NCBI GenBank assembly: GCA_013239625.1
Contig: MU053881.1
Location: 8,641,957-8,705,956 of the forward strand
Length of the DNA: 64,000 bases
Source: Lama guanicoe
Lineage: Eukaryota
Reading direction: 5' to 3'
Part shown: positions 26,401-41,116 of the stretch, piece by piece
How positions within the stretch are numbered: position 1 is the stretch's first letter
Layout: each line of letters starts with the position of its first letter
Translations under genes and position numbers: made by a program
The notes under the pieces: generated by a model
The model's database searches: none
What the model was told of the DNA's origin: nothing
The model's input: the letters and a program-made list of their open reading frames with translations, nothing else

Positions 26401-29400
26401 ATTCTCTGATGCACAGAGCCAGGTAGATAGACCCTTGGAACCCAGAATCACAAGGAATGAGAAGGAGTAAGAAACAGTGAGACCAGGATGAGGCGTTCTA
26501 AGAGACACTGACCTGGCAGCATCCTCAACCGTGAGAAATGCCAGATTCCTTCCTAAAGTACAGATTCCTACCAAAGGCCTCAAGAACATGTCTGCGGTCC
26601 CTACTAGGAGAAACACTGGCTTAAAAGAACTAAAGTCTTATTCTATTCAACAATAACAGAATTCCATGCTAATACTTCAAAGGAAAAGTTTTTTTTTCTT
26701 TTGTTTTGAACTGTCCTTATTAAAGAAAAAAAATCCCCAGAATTAAAAATATATTCTCATAGATCTCTTGGCTCCCCCAGGGTATGTCTGGAAGGTCTAG
26801 CTTGCAAAACTTTGGTTCACAGTAGTAAACCCCAATTTCACAATCAGGCTGTATTAACATTTCCAGATGTCTACTTCCACGTACACTTGGGCTGCTTGGT
26901 AAAACAAGCAGACGCAATGCCAGGAAAGAGAGCAAGTTTCTCTGTTAGCACCACACACCAGCAAATTACAGAGCAAACCTCTGTTTGGGAGATGGATAGT
27001 GGGGTAGGTGTCATTTTTGACATGCTGTTAACTGCTTCATGGATTGGAGGCAGATGTGTGAGAGGGAGACTGGAGGTAGCAGAAATGCCTTAAAGCGGAG
27101 TTGGTTTAGACAACCCTCCCCTACCCTCTGTCTCACATGGGTACCAGACAACGATGATGAGGATGAGGGATGAGGATGGTGACGTTAGCTCACATCAATT
27201 GGGCTCTAACTTTGTAAGAGGCACAGAACCCACTGCTTTACTTATAACCCAATGACATAGGCCATATTCAGTATTCTCATTTTACAGGTAAAGAAACTGA
27301 AGCACAAAGAGGTTAGGAAATCAGCTAGGATTTGATCTCAGGTAGACGGACGCAAAACACTGTGCTTTCAGCACTTCAGCATCATGCTCCCATCTCCCCG
27401 AATCTAACACTCTCTCTCTTTTTTTTTTTTAATGAAGAAACATAAATGTAATGGATAGAGTCGAGCCTGATCGTACAGGCTACATAACGAAGTTTCTCAA
27501 GGCCCAGAAGGATTCTCCAGGTAAACCAGACCTAAATTGGAGCTGAGATGAGCAATCAGACAGATTAACGAACAAAATCACCACCGACCACAACAATTCA
27601 ACAACGTATCATCAGCTAAACCAACACTCGGCTGTATCACCCCTTTAATGTGAAGTGGAGATGATGGGAAAAAGCACCCAGAGACAATCCCTGACCTTAC
27701 AGAAGAGAGGAAGGTTGGATTGTGCTGGAGTGGACCATTCCATTTGACGCATATGATTTTGCATCCAAAGTAATAAATTTCTGGAGATGGACAGGTCCTC
27801 AGAGACCATCTCATCCAAGAGTGTTCTAAACTCAGTCAGTGACATATTGCATTTGTGGTATTTGCAATATCTTCACTGTTATTTACTTAATATTTCTCTT
27901 CAAATGTACTCAAGTCTGATATCCCTACCTGCTTCTGCCACGTCCCTAAGCAATGATACCGGCATGGTCAGGAGTTTGACAAGCTAGTTACGGCTTTTCC
28001 TAATATTTCTTTTTAAAAGCCCTATGTAAACTATTCAATAAAATGTATTTGCACACCAAGAAAAAGCATCTCCTGTCTGTGGATCACACCCTAAGAAGCA
28101 ATTATGCGATCCAACCCCCTCACTGGCAGCCATGGGAAGAAAGCAAGGCCAGGAAGGTGGGGCGACTTCTCAAGGACGCCCGGAATGTCTGTGGCTGCGT
28201 CAAGCGTAGAACACACATCTCCCCGTCCTCCGTCAATTTATTCTTCATGACGCCACAATGAATCAGACGGCAAGTGACAAGAAAACGCCCGCCACGTATA
28301 TCTAACGGAATCCATCTCTCTAGGGCCCTCTCTGCACCCTGCTTCCCTTTAATGTAAAGTCGTGAGCGCGTACTGTGGACTCCGGCAATCACAGATGCGG
28401 AGGAAACGTGGATTCTGTTAAAGCTCACGCGACCAGGTCCTCACTATATGCACTAAGGGAGTGCATCCCTTTTTTTTTTTTTTTTCAACAGCTCTTACTC
28501 TTTAATGTCTTCCTTTGAGTCTGGAATCTTCCTCACGCTCACTCTCACCCATGGGTTTCTGTTCCAAGAGCTCCAAACTGTTCTTAGTTCTTCGCTCTTG
28601 CGAAGTCTGTACCACCTCGTATCAAGTTATCCGCTTGCTGGGTCTGGCCTCATCCCTGCGGGCCACACGCTAGTACGTCACGAAGGGGACAGAACAAGGA
28701 ATGTTCCAACTCACTGTGTCCCCACAGAACAAAAACACCAAGACTCCTTCCCTTCTTTCCTTTTTTGATGGGAACCCCTTTTCTGATGGGCACAGATTAC
28801 TAAATCACACAGGAAGCAATACCAAAAAAAAAAAAAAAAAAAAAATTCCATTTAGACTACAGGATGGTTGAGCCATGAAGTCAGGGAGAGCTTTGGGTCT
28901 GTCTGGTCTACCTTCCCCCCCGAAAAGCCGCTCTAAAACATCGAGGCCAAGAAAGTAAACACTTCTAGCAATGAGAATCTCACAACGTGTAAGTTTTTTT
29001 TTTTTCCTTTCGTCTTATTTCACTTTTTGCAGTGAGTTGAAAGTGTGTTCCTCTAACTTCTACCCCCAGGTCCTTGTTCTGAGTTTGGGTGGGACACCTG
29101 GGCAGACCTGCCTGACCCAGACTCACAGAGAACTTCTGGGCGTGTGGCCATTCCTGATCTTCAGTGAAAAGGCTCACATTTTGGCCAATGTGCGGGGGTG
29201 GGGGGAAGGCAGCAGTGGAACATCTTTTGCATTCTGCTAAAAGCCTGTCCACCATCCTAAACAGTGAAAGGCCATGACTCCAGGTGTTCACTTCAAAACA
29301 GATGGAGATCCCCGGATAGGTTCCAATAAAAGTTCCCGGAGAAATAGGTTAGTGAACCAATCAGAGAATTAGCTGTTTCCCACAGACCTGGTGGTAAGGA

Positions 29401-31960
29401 TGGTCCACAGTGGCTAATTTTATCTCCACCTGGTATTTCACTGTAGAGTCACGAAAGCTCACATGTTGCAGGATAATAGCTACAAGGAAAAAAAGTTCCC
29501 GTAACTTAGAATAAAACTGGAATGAGATGCAGAAGCAGCTGGACTCAGCCTGAAGTTGGTTAATTTTGACAGTCGCTTTCTTCCCAGCCTGTTCCCTGTA
29601 GCTCTGAAGCTCTCTCCCGCTTGGACCGTGACCCTGTCTCCTCCTGGCGACAATCACTTAATCAGCCCATCAGACTGTCGCATGGCTGCTTTTACCTTGG
29701 GTAAAGATTCATTTTCCTTATTAACATCACAAGAACCTAGTTCTTTCCCCAACCAATTAAAGAGGAAAAATAGAAGGGCCCCAGTGCGGCGGGAGGAAAG
29801 GAAAACTGTTCTGACTTGTGGCACGGGGGCAGGCTTCTCAGCCCCACACGGTCCTGGGAATTGAACCCTCGTGATTCTGAAATGCAGCTGGAGGTCAAGA
29901 CCACACAGACAGAATAAACGGGTTGGAATAACCATTGTAGACACTGCTCACTACCCAGATCTCAGACGGTTCACCTAGACTCGGAGCCTAGTGTTGGTGG
30001 ATTTATTCCGTGTGTGTGTTAGTTTGTATTATTTGGAGTAGGTGTCTAGACAGCTGATATTCAAGACATAATAGCAATAATCCTCAGTTAGCATCTTGCT
30101 TCCCTCCTCATAATCTCCGGCAATAAGAACATTGGTCTCTCCATGTATTTTGCCCAACCCTTCTGCTTGCAAAACATGTTAACATTTACTCTATTTCTTT
30201 ATAAGAGATGCTTATCTGAGTTGACTATACTTCGTGATGATTTCTGACCTATTCTATGGTTCCTTTATGTCCTTTAACAGCCTTTGAATGGCCTTTGGAA
30301 GTTAAATCCCCAGTATTAAGAAGGGATGGTGGGCGTGGTGGCGGGAGACAGGAACAACCGCCCATTTTAGGATTATGTTTAAAAGAATAAACCTATTCTG
30401 ACCACATAATGTGCCTTCTGATTTATTCATAAGAGTAAACTGCAGCCTATTCAAATCATGCTAATATAGTTCAAAGGTACACACGAATTGCGGGTGATCT
30501 GGATTCAATGTATATTTCTCAGCTATGCAATTCTGTAGGTTTCAGCCATACCTTGTATTTAACTTTTTACGAAGATGTAGTCAGATCATTGCCGGGTAGA
30601 ATCCAGTCTATTGGTAACTTAGTGCTACCAGTTAATATTGAAATGTTACGCCTTATATTTAAATTTTTAGCAATATGCGCTAAATTTCCAAATGTAAAGG
30701 AATCTGGTTGAAAAATTCCAGAAGTGCATTTGACCAAACATGGATGGATCCTGGTGAATCCTGATTAGGTTTTGGAAGTCTGTGCTTTTATCCTCCTCAC
30801 CCCTTCCCGTACCACCACCCACCCCGCCCCACCTCTTCCTGCTTCCTTCAGTAAAATAAATGTGATACACAAGTGCAGCTGACTATTTGCAATGACCCTC
30901 AGAAAACCGCCTCACCATGACCTTTTGAAAACAGGTCACAGACGACCCAAGTACCCCAACCCCAAGCACCCACTGCTTTGCCTCACCCCCAAATCTCCCA
31001 ATGCTTTTTTTTTTTTTTGGCAGACTATATGCCATTTCATTCTCATGTATTTTCTATTTTCAAAATACAGCATTTGAGGCTTTGCTGGAGAAGGAGCGAA
31101 GAGCCTCTCTTTCCTTTCTGCCAGCATCCCTGAGGAGGACGACTGATTCTGGGCTTGTAAATTGTGGCACTGACTTAAAAGGAATTGACAGGAGTATCTG
31201 CTCAAAATAAAAGACTAAAACTCCATGAAACAGCTCTGGGGGCAGAGGTTGAAAAGCAAAAGGAGCAATTATGCGTGTATAAACACCTCTAGGTTTGGAA
31301 CAGCAAATCTCACCAACCAAGGCAGGCTTGGCTTTTTTTTTTTTTGAGCAAAGCGCAGTGAACAGAGCGAGGAGGAGACGGCACCGATCCTACTAATAAA
31401 ACCACAGAGCCCTAATTTCTCGCCAGACAAAAAGTCTTTGGTGATAAAGATGTTTATAACTTACATAGTGCGAGCCGATGAAGGCATGACAGATCATAGT
31501 CCTGAACAACACGTTCCTGGAACGTCACTAGCTCTGTCGGGGCGTTTCACATGGCATACCAATCTGCACATCCTCTGCCTCTCAGGCATTCATGGGGTGT
31601 GGAACTTGAACCAGACACTCCAGGTAGCAGAAAGACCTTTCTCGGATTCATCTCACCGCAAAGGCTAGCTAGACAGACTCATCTCCTGTGTCCTCCTGCT
31701 GGCCACATCCTCGCCACCTTCTGCTGAGACTAAAGTTGCCACCCTCCCACTGCATTTTCAAAGGGCCCAGAGACACTCCTGCTCGACAGCAACAGCTGTT
31801 TTCTCTCCCCTGACTCTAAGTGATGTCTGCGCCTCTCCGTTTCTCTTGGTCCCTGACAGTCTTCACGTCACAGTTGATGTCCTTCCCCTAAAGTGAATGT
31901 TGACTGACCCTCTTCTCTTTTCTTCTCTCTCTCCATCAAGACTTGTGCAACTCTCCAGCT

Positions 31961-32281
31961 CAGGGGTTGTCGTCTGGCAGTTTCTGTACCAGCCAACAAA
32001 TGGATTTGTGGGCCATGTTGCAATTACTCAACGCCAAGATGCCGCGTGAAAGCCGATGATACCTCAACAGATGGGTGTGGTCACCCTCGACTAGCGCTTG
32101 GTTTGATGGACACTGAAACCGGAATTTCACATAATTGTCATGGGTCAGGAAATATTTTTCTTTGTTTTTTCTTCTCTTTCCTCAACTCTTAAAAATTGTT
32201 ATAACCATCCTTAGCTTGTAAGTCACAGGAAAGCAGGCAGTAGGCCAGAGATGGCCCCCACCCCCAGGTTTCCAATCTCTG
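31961..32281 (+). mobile_element. MER58B-like hAT fossil
   Basis: Shares gacactgaaa.cggaatttcac, aaccat..ttagcttg and caggcagt.ggcc motifs with 564-893. Confidence 0.7.
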
Positions 32282-33777
32282 CTCTAATCCACCGGGGCTG
32301 CTATTCCCAGAGTAAGCCCCGTACAGGAGAGAGCCGGGGGGCGTCGCTGCGGACACTAAACCCTCGGCAGACTTGGGAAGGGAAGAGCAAAGGTGGGGGT
32401 GGGGTGAGGCTGGGCTGTGCGAATTGAGAGAAGGTGGGGTTTTCCCCTTAAGGTTACTGGCTGGCAAGAGCTCTGTTTTGGGAGGGAGGCTGGGGGCAGT
32501 GGAAGTATGAGGGTTGGGGAGAGTATTTAAATCACACTGGGCATGCAAAAATATATCAGGAAGAACACCCCTGAAGAGTGGAGCTATTGGTAAGGATTTT
32601 AAACTGTCCTGGCTGAGCACACCCCTCCCTGGAAGGTCTTCTGAATTAACCCCCAGACTCTGCAGGGAACTGAAGATGACAGCGGCCGCAGGGGGGAGCG
32701 GGATCTGAAGCATCATCGAGAGATCGCAGAAACAATTCACTGCCAACAGACTGTCCCGGCAGGGTCCCGGTGCTACGGTCGTGGCCTGGGTAGGCACGCT
32801 GCCCCTCGGATGCCCAATTAGACAGAAGTGGGGGAAATCTAAGGCAGAGTGCGCTTTGGCTCTGCTTGACCACCCAAATGAACAGCATGGGAAACTGAGT
32901 CTGAACTCATGAGTCAGCCCTGGAGAAGCTCCCAACCCCGTCTCTCACTCCAGGTGGCCGAACCAAAGGTAACTTCAAGGGGCCGAATCAGTAGCTTGGT
33001 TGGAGGCTTCTCTGAGAGTTTCCATGCAAGCCGGTGGATTCAGCCAACTTGGGATGATGTCATCCCTAGACCTGAGTTAATCAAATAACAAGTGCAAAGC
33101 AAAAATAACACTAAAATCCCAACTGCCCAAGAGATGTGGAAAACCAGAGGGCAATGGCTCCCATCTCCTCAATTAAAGGGATAATTGGGTCCATTCAGTC
33201 CAATATTGTCCTACCCCAAACCACAAAAAAATTACAAAAAGCAAACAAAAAGTAAACTGAAGAAACTTGGGAACTATTATTTCTTCTCAAAGAAAAGGAC
33301 TTTTAAAAAATATTCTCGGTCCAGAAGCTTACATAGAGAGGTGGCTGAGTGGGAATGAAATGGGACCAGAGGAGGTGACATTTAATGATGGTGGTGGTGA
33401 TGGGGAGGGTCAGGAGCCCAAGGACGAAGCCTTGTCTTGGGGCAATAAGAGGATGCTCAAACCTGTTCCAGTGGTACCTGGTTACCCAGGAAACCTGGAA
33501 GTCCTGCCTGCATCCAACCTGGTCTAAAAGAAGTGGGTTCAATTATTGCCAACAAGTGAGGCCAGTGATCTAGCCAGCTGGGAGAGTATTCTATAAGGGG
33601 GGGACGTACAGATCACAGTCCTCTGGGGTGCTTGAAACCTCCAGGCCCTGACAATTTCCCATGCGTGTGCATTTCTCCCTCCCCAAGATCAGTAATTTGG
33701 ATGGGTTTTCTTATCTGACCCCACCCCTGTCCTCCCAATCTGGAATTCCGGAAAGAAGGGAAAGCCCGTTCCAGTCA

Positions 33778-34164
<387 letters not shown>

Positions 34165-34318
34165 TCAACACCACAGCTGGCGAAACCCTCCGCTGGAGGC
34201 CAGACTGCACACATGGCCCGGGTCCCTGGAGCAGGCCCGAGGCCCGGAAGGTGTGTCGCCTTGGACAGCCGGTCTCTCACTGGCTGGGTAACCATTCATT
34301 GCAATGTATTTTCTAGAG

Positions 34319-34501
34319 CAGTGCTCTCACGGTGGGGTCCCTGGACCGGCTGTCACCATCACCCGGGAACTATTTAGAAATGCAACCTCTTATACATTGC
34401 TTGGTCCTCTTGAATAAGAGGCTTGGGGAGTGGGGCTCAGAAATTTGTTTTAACAAGTCTTCCAGGTGCTCCTGATGCACTGTACAGTGTGAGAACCACT
34501 G
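34319..34501. mobile_element. MER5A-like hAT fossil
   Basis: cagtgctctca...ttagaaatgcaa...ttttaacaagtcttccaggtg...tgagaaccactg. Confidence 0.75.
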
Positions 34502-35516
34502 TCCTAGGGCCTGAGGCCATCCCAAGGGAAGGTCAGACAGTGGCCATGCAGTTTGGCAAAGCTACCCAGGAGGTGCCCACCTGAAAAGACCCCTGTGGAT
34601 CCTGACTCCCTAGCCGGCATGGGATGTCTTTCCCCGTCGAGTGCCTGAACTGACCAGTGGCCAGTTAGGGACCCAGCGGCTCCCTCCTCACAGTGACCGC
34701 AGACCCAGCCGTCGCCCAGATCGGCGCCCTGGTGGCAATGATGACCACTGTAATTGTGCTGCGTTACACAGCCTCTTTCTCAAAGGAGCTCAAAGTCTTT
34801 TGTGGTTGGGGAGGAGACAGACAGACAGATATGCACTCTCTGGCGTTCCAGACCTCTCACTCGAGGACAAGCACGTGCCAGACACTCATCCTTACAACAG
34901 ACTACTGAGGGGGGCGTGGCTCATCATGCCAGGGGAGGGGAAGTCAGACCAGGAGGGTCAGTGACTCACTCAAAGTCACACAGCATGTCGGTAGCACGGC
35001 TGGGCTTTGGATCTAGGGCTCCCTCCTCCCCCACTCCTCTCCGAGCTCGGCCGGGACCACCAACATCAGAGGTGAAGCCAGAGGCGAGTGGGCTGAGAAG
35101 ACACCCCAAATAGTCCATTTTAACTGATTCTTTTTTTTTTCTTTCTGGAACGAAATATTCATTTCTTTCCCATTGTAGCCAAGCTTCACAGAGATTCCCT
35201 TCCTGATTGCCATGGCAATCTGACAGCTGTCTCCCTACCCAGAGGAAGGGGGCAGAATGATGGCGGCTTGCTTGGCTAGGCGCTCATCAGCGTGAACGGA
35301 ACCATTCTCGGGAAGGTGGGGACTGTTTTGAACTGCTGAGCCGTCCCATGTTAAGGTCACTCGGGAGGTAAGACACATACTCTTAATTTTAGGAAAATCA
35401 AGTGAACAGCACAACTTCATTCCTTCCCCGTCACTGGAGTATTACAGAGCCTTCATAACATGTTCACCCAGCACCCCGAGGGAGCCTCTATTCTGTTTTA
35501 TAGGACGTTCCGTTCA

Positions 35517-36365
<849 letters not shown>

Positions 36366-39300
36366 CTAGTACCTTAACTGGATCAAATCAAGGCTTCTGG
36401 GGCTGGAACGTGAATGCTGGTGATGTCTTTCCATGTATAACCAAACCCAGTCACCCCTCACTCCTGGAGACAAAAGTACAGAGGCTCATTCTAACTTCAC
36501 TCATACTTGACTTCAGAAGGTAACAAAAGATTAAAAAGAAAACCAATGAAACTCAAATAGGAGTCACTATCCTAAGGAAGTTTCACATAGGCTAAGTCTA
36601 AAATCAGTTTTCATCCTTCGAGCGTATAATCTACCGGAAGACGTGAGTCAATGTGCAGGACAGATGTGGTGAAGCTGGGTGTGGAAACGATCCAAAAAGG
36701 GTCACCGTCCTACACAGAATCATGGGTGGACTGGACGCGTGAGTCTCTGGCTGTGGCACTGAGCTTCCCCCAGACAGTCAATCAGACGAATTAACGGTCA
36801 GATTCTGATCACTGTTGTTCTCGCCAGTTTCATGGTCTGACCGCTCGGCCATCTTAGCAATCAGAGTGGATTTACATCCTGTAGTAACTTGAAGATTATT
36901 ATTCCAGAATCAACTCAAAGTGAGGAGAGCAGTGAGTGGCAAAGGCGGGTCCTCTAGGACGAGACTATTTGTTTGAGAATGTGACCCCAAACCTTGGCCA
37001 GCCAGCCAACCTAAGGGGGGATAAACAGGGCTTTTTAGAGGAAGAACAGCTTCCTTCCGTATTCCTAGAAAACGATGCCGTGGCATTTGGAGTAGCGGGC
37101 ACTGCACACCAGGGGGTTTGAATGGCAAATGGGGGTCTTGCCTAGGGCTCAGATGTTGCTTTGTGGATCAGAGGAACAGGGAGGTCTTATCACCTTATTT
37201 GACTAAGACATACATTTACCTCTAGGGAAATCAGGTCTGCTGGCCTAGATTAAAGCCTTTACTTCTGCCATCACAGCACAGCCAAATTGAGATGACTTTA
37301 AATCCTCGTCTTGAGGTTTCTTGGACCACGTTTGTAGCGTGATTCAGTCCCTCGTATGAATGTGCTATCTCCTGCTTCAAATTCTCAGAAGAGATTTTGT
37401 TTTCTTTCTTCTTTTGCCAACGCCAAGACTGAAACAAGACTGAAACTGTTTTGTCCTCTAAATAGTTCACCACGACACTGAGATGGCAGCCCCTTGGGGG
37501 TTCCAATGTTTGGAGTGCAACGTTTTCTTTTTCTGCCTTACAGTACACAAAATAATGGTGTGCTTTAAAACTGATGGTACATTGACTCCAAATACGACAT
37601 GATTCAGGTTATCCATGCCACGACGATTTCATTCTGGGGGACATCAGACTTGAGGAATCTGGCTTTAACGGAAATCACAACATTCCATGAAGTTTCCAGA
37701 GAACATCCTTGTCTTGAGGCAAAAATAAGGATTTTCATTGTTAAGAGATGTTTCTCAGGATCCCATTCGGCTCTTCTCAGGAAGCTATTATTTGTAGAAA
37801 CCAATTCAAAACCATTTGAGCCATGGGGAAACAACAGCTGCCAATAATTTTTTTTTTAATAGGAAATACTTTCTCAGAAAGGTACATTTCAGTGATTTGT
37901 AATTAGCTGGAGATGTTCATAGTCATGTTACTTGCTCAATCACTTTAATGTTGAATTCGTTGTCTTGGGGACTGTGAACCCTTTCTGATCTTTCAAAATC
38001 TGCTCCCTTCAGGAGGAGGGGAGCATATCCAGATGTAAAAGGACTGAAAAGTTCAAACACATGGAAGATATTCACTAAGAGGCTGGGCAATGCCTTTAAT
38101 GTCTCATGCCTTGCACAATCAAGGGAATACAGTAGGTGCTCAATACGCGATTGCCGCAAGGGTGAATGGCAGACTTTGCTAGAAGCATTTGTCTTTGATG
38201 AGACCAATTTCCAGTGTGAAGAACCGACGAGAAAGAGGAAAGGGTGCTAACGACGTTCTGCTTTTGGGAAGAGTGCCCTGCAATTTGGAATCTGCAAAAC
38301 ACGGACTCATTCATTCAGAATCAATTTTGTCCATATTCTTCTCCCAAAAGAAGATTCCAAACCTCTGTTTTTTTTTTTTAATTCTGTCCCCATTTCGAAC
38401 ATAGCAAAATTAAAATAGACACAAAAATGCCTTGTGTGCTCAAAATGCCTCAAAAATCACTCTCTGTCTATAATTACCCACTTAAAATGTTTGGTGAAGT
38501 GCCAACAGCAAGGAGCTCTCAAAAAATTTAAAAAAACATATATATTGTAATCTTTTTCTTAAAAGGATGAAATAAAAATATACCAAAAAAAAGAAAAAGA
38601 AAAAAAGAAAAAGCAAATGACACTTTTCTTCCAGATGAATTAGCTTTCTCTTCTCTATCCTGAATTATAGTATGAAGGAAGGAGAAAAATCCACCGAGAT
38701 TTATTAGCCCAAGAAGGGAATATCATAAAAAGAACCATTTATTATAGTGTCTAGAAATATGAGATAACCCTTTCTCTGGTCAGTGAAACCAGTAAATACG
38801 CCCTTCGTGCTGTTTAATTACAGGAGCTGATGGAATCACTAAATTCAGACTTCAAGGGGAGAAGTTTCACTATGAATTTTAAATTTGGTTCCAATTTCCT
38901 AAGATGATCTTGTGGCCATGTCCTTACAGCCTTCAGCAGGCAGGAGGGACGCTGGCATTTTACCAGGCTTTATAAATAGAAACGGTGTTATACTTAAAAG
39001 GGAGGCAGTGGCCTTTACCAGCTAAGTACCAGGTGCCTTACACCACCAGCGCCCCTGGCAGCCGAAATCATTAGAACTCATTTAGTCCCGGGCCCTCTGT
39101 AGATTTGACAAAAGAGGGTAGTGAATGCAATTTTCATCCCTCAGGATAAAAAAGGAGGTCAAGGAGTTTTACAAACAATATGTACTATAAACCCCTGAAG
39201 AACCATGAATTACATTTATGAAGTTAAATGTCATTGAAAAATGACTCAACCATGAAACTGACATGAAAACATGGCAGACTTAAACTAATATGTCAATTTC

Positions 39301-40683
39301 TGTCTCGTCACCTTCCGACTCCCCCAGACATCACGGAGTGCAACCTCACGAATCCGCCTTTTCATTTTCTTGTGCAAATTTGTTAATAGTACGGCAATGT
39401 TTATGCAGCAAAAAAAAAAAAAAAAAAAAAAAGGATGGCCAACTATTGATTTCGTTGCCAGGGCCACTTCAGGTAAATTGTTTGAACGCTATGACTATGA
39501 TGAATATCAGAAATAAAAATGCTAAATGGAAGAAAAAGTGCTGATCCGGGCTTTCTGGCTCCATTTCCTATTTTGAAAACAGCATATGAATCATCTCGGT
39601 TCATTCTTTTTTGGGGAGCAGAAATCAATAGAGGAGATTTCATCCTGTTATAATGATCCATGTTCCTTGTTTTGTTGGCTGGTTAATTCATTCTGAACAT
39701 TTACATAAGACCAGTTGGAAGAGTAAGAAAGTTGAGAAATTCCACTCCTACAGATATGCACGATCTTTAGCGGACAGGAAAAAAAAAAAACCCAGACGGG
39801 CAACGTCACGTTCTCTCCCTTTCCTCTTGCCCAGTGATGTATGTAAAAGGTCGCTTTAACCTTTCTTGTCGTATTATTGGCCTCCCCCATGTTTTCAGCG
39901 AATGCAGCTTTGCCTCCTGCAATTCATTTATCTTTAAGAACTTTCAACCTTTCAAGCAGGGTTATTAAATCAGTACTTCCTCTATCCAAACTCCCAATTT
40001 GGTTTTATGATGCAGACAGAGGGAGGCTACCTTCTACAATAGAGGGAAAAAGAGAGAGCTGAGCAAGTGATGATCTGGGGGTCAGATTCCTGGGCCTCAT
40101 TCAGGGCACCACCACGGATGTACTGGGAAATCTTAGAAGAATAATGTCATACGGAAGCTGACTGCAGCCATAGTTCTAAAAACTATGAAAGGTGAAATTT
40201 AGCAACGGAAGCTTATGTATGTGTATCTAAGGATGAGCCACTGCCACCACTTTGTGGTGAGGCTGTCATGGCTGGTTGTTTTGCACAGAATCCTGGAGAT
40301 CCAGATGCTGATGGGATGGGGGAACAGATCCACTTGCACCTGAGAACCTCACAGCCCCTGAGGTCCATTCTTATCAGCCTGGCAGTGAGAAGCTGAGAAT
40401 GAAGATGCGCATCTGGCATCCCACTGGGTCTTTCCTGGGGGGACACTGGGCATCATCTCCAGCTGTCTCCCACGGGGTGGGTAACAGGCTTCACCTTCTT
40501 CCTGAGTTTGCTGGGTGAGTTGACACTTCTTTTCCCTTTGGGAACAAGGTGGGGGTCGGGAGGTGTGGGAGAGCTGTCTGAGCTGCAGGGGGATATTTCA
40601 CTGGGTGATGGACTTAGAGGAGAGTTGCTCAGCAGGAAGGCAAAGACTGAGCCGATTCAAAGACTAGAGGGGCAGGCTGAGAG

Positions 40684-41116
40684 TGTTAAAGAGAGTAGGC
40701 TCTTGTCTTGCACAGGAAAAGAATTCAAGAGCAAAGCACAGTAAAGGGAAAGTCAGTTTATTCAGGGAGGTACTCCATAGACAAGAGTGTAGGCGGTCTC
40801 AGAAGGCTAGAGAGAGCGCCACCACGAGGTGCGGGGGTGTTAGTTTTCATGGGCTGGGTAATTTCATATGCTAACGAGCAGGAGGATTATTCCAACTATT
40901 TTGGGGGAGGGGTGGGGATTTCCAGGAATTGGGCCCCACTTTTTAGCCTTTAAGGTCAGCCTAGGAACCGTCACGGCGCCTGTGGGTGCGCCATGGGACT
41001 CAAGGTCTCCTGGAGGTCGAGTCTTCCGCCATCTTGGTTCTAACCAGTTTGTCCTGACCTCAGTTGCTGTGTCCTTCCTTCAGTGGTTGTGCCCTGCCCC
41101 ATTCCCTCCTGTGTCA
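40684..41116 (-). mobile_element. Solo LTR (ERV1-like), sense to TENM2
   Basis: Minus strand reads TGAC...TAACA, with AATAAA at 40762-40757 about 75 nt from the end. 4-bp TSD-like flanks agag / tgag. Confidence 0.7.
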
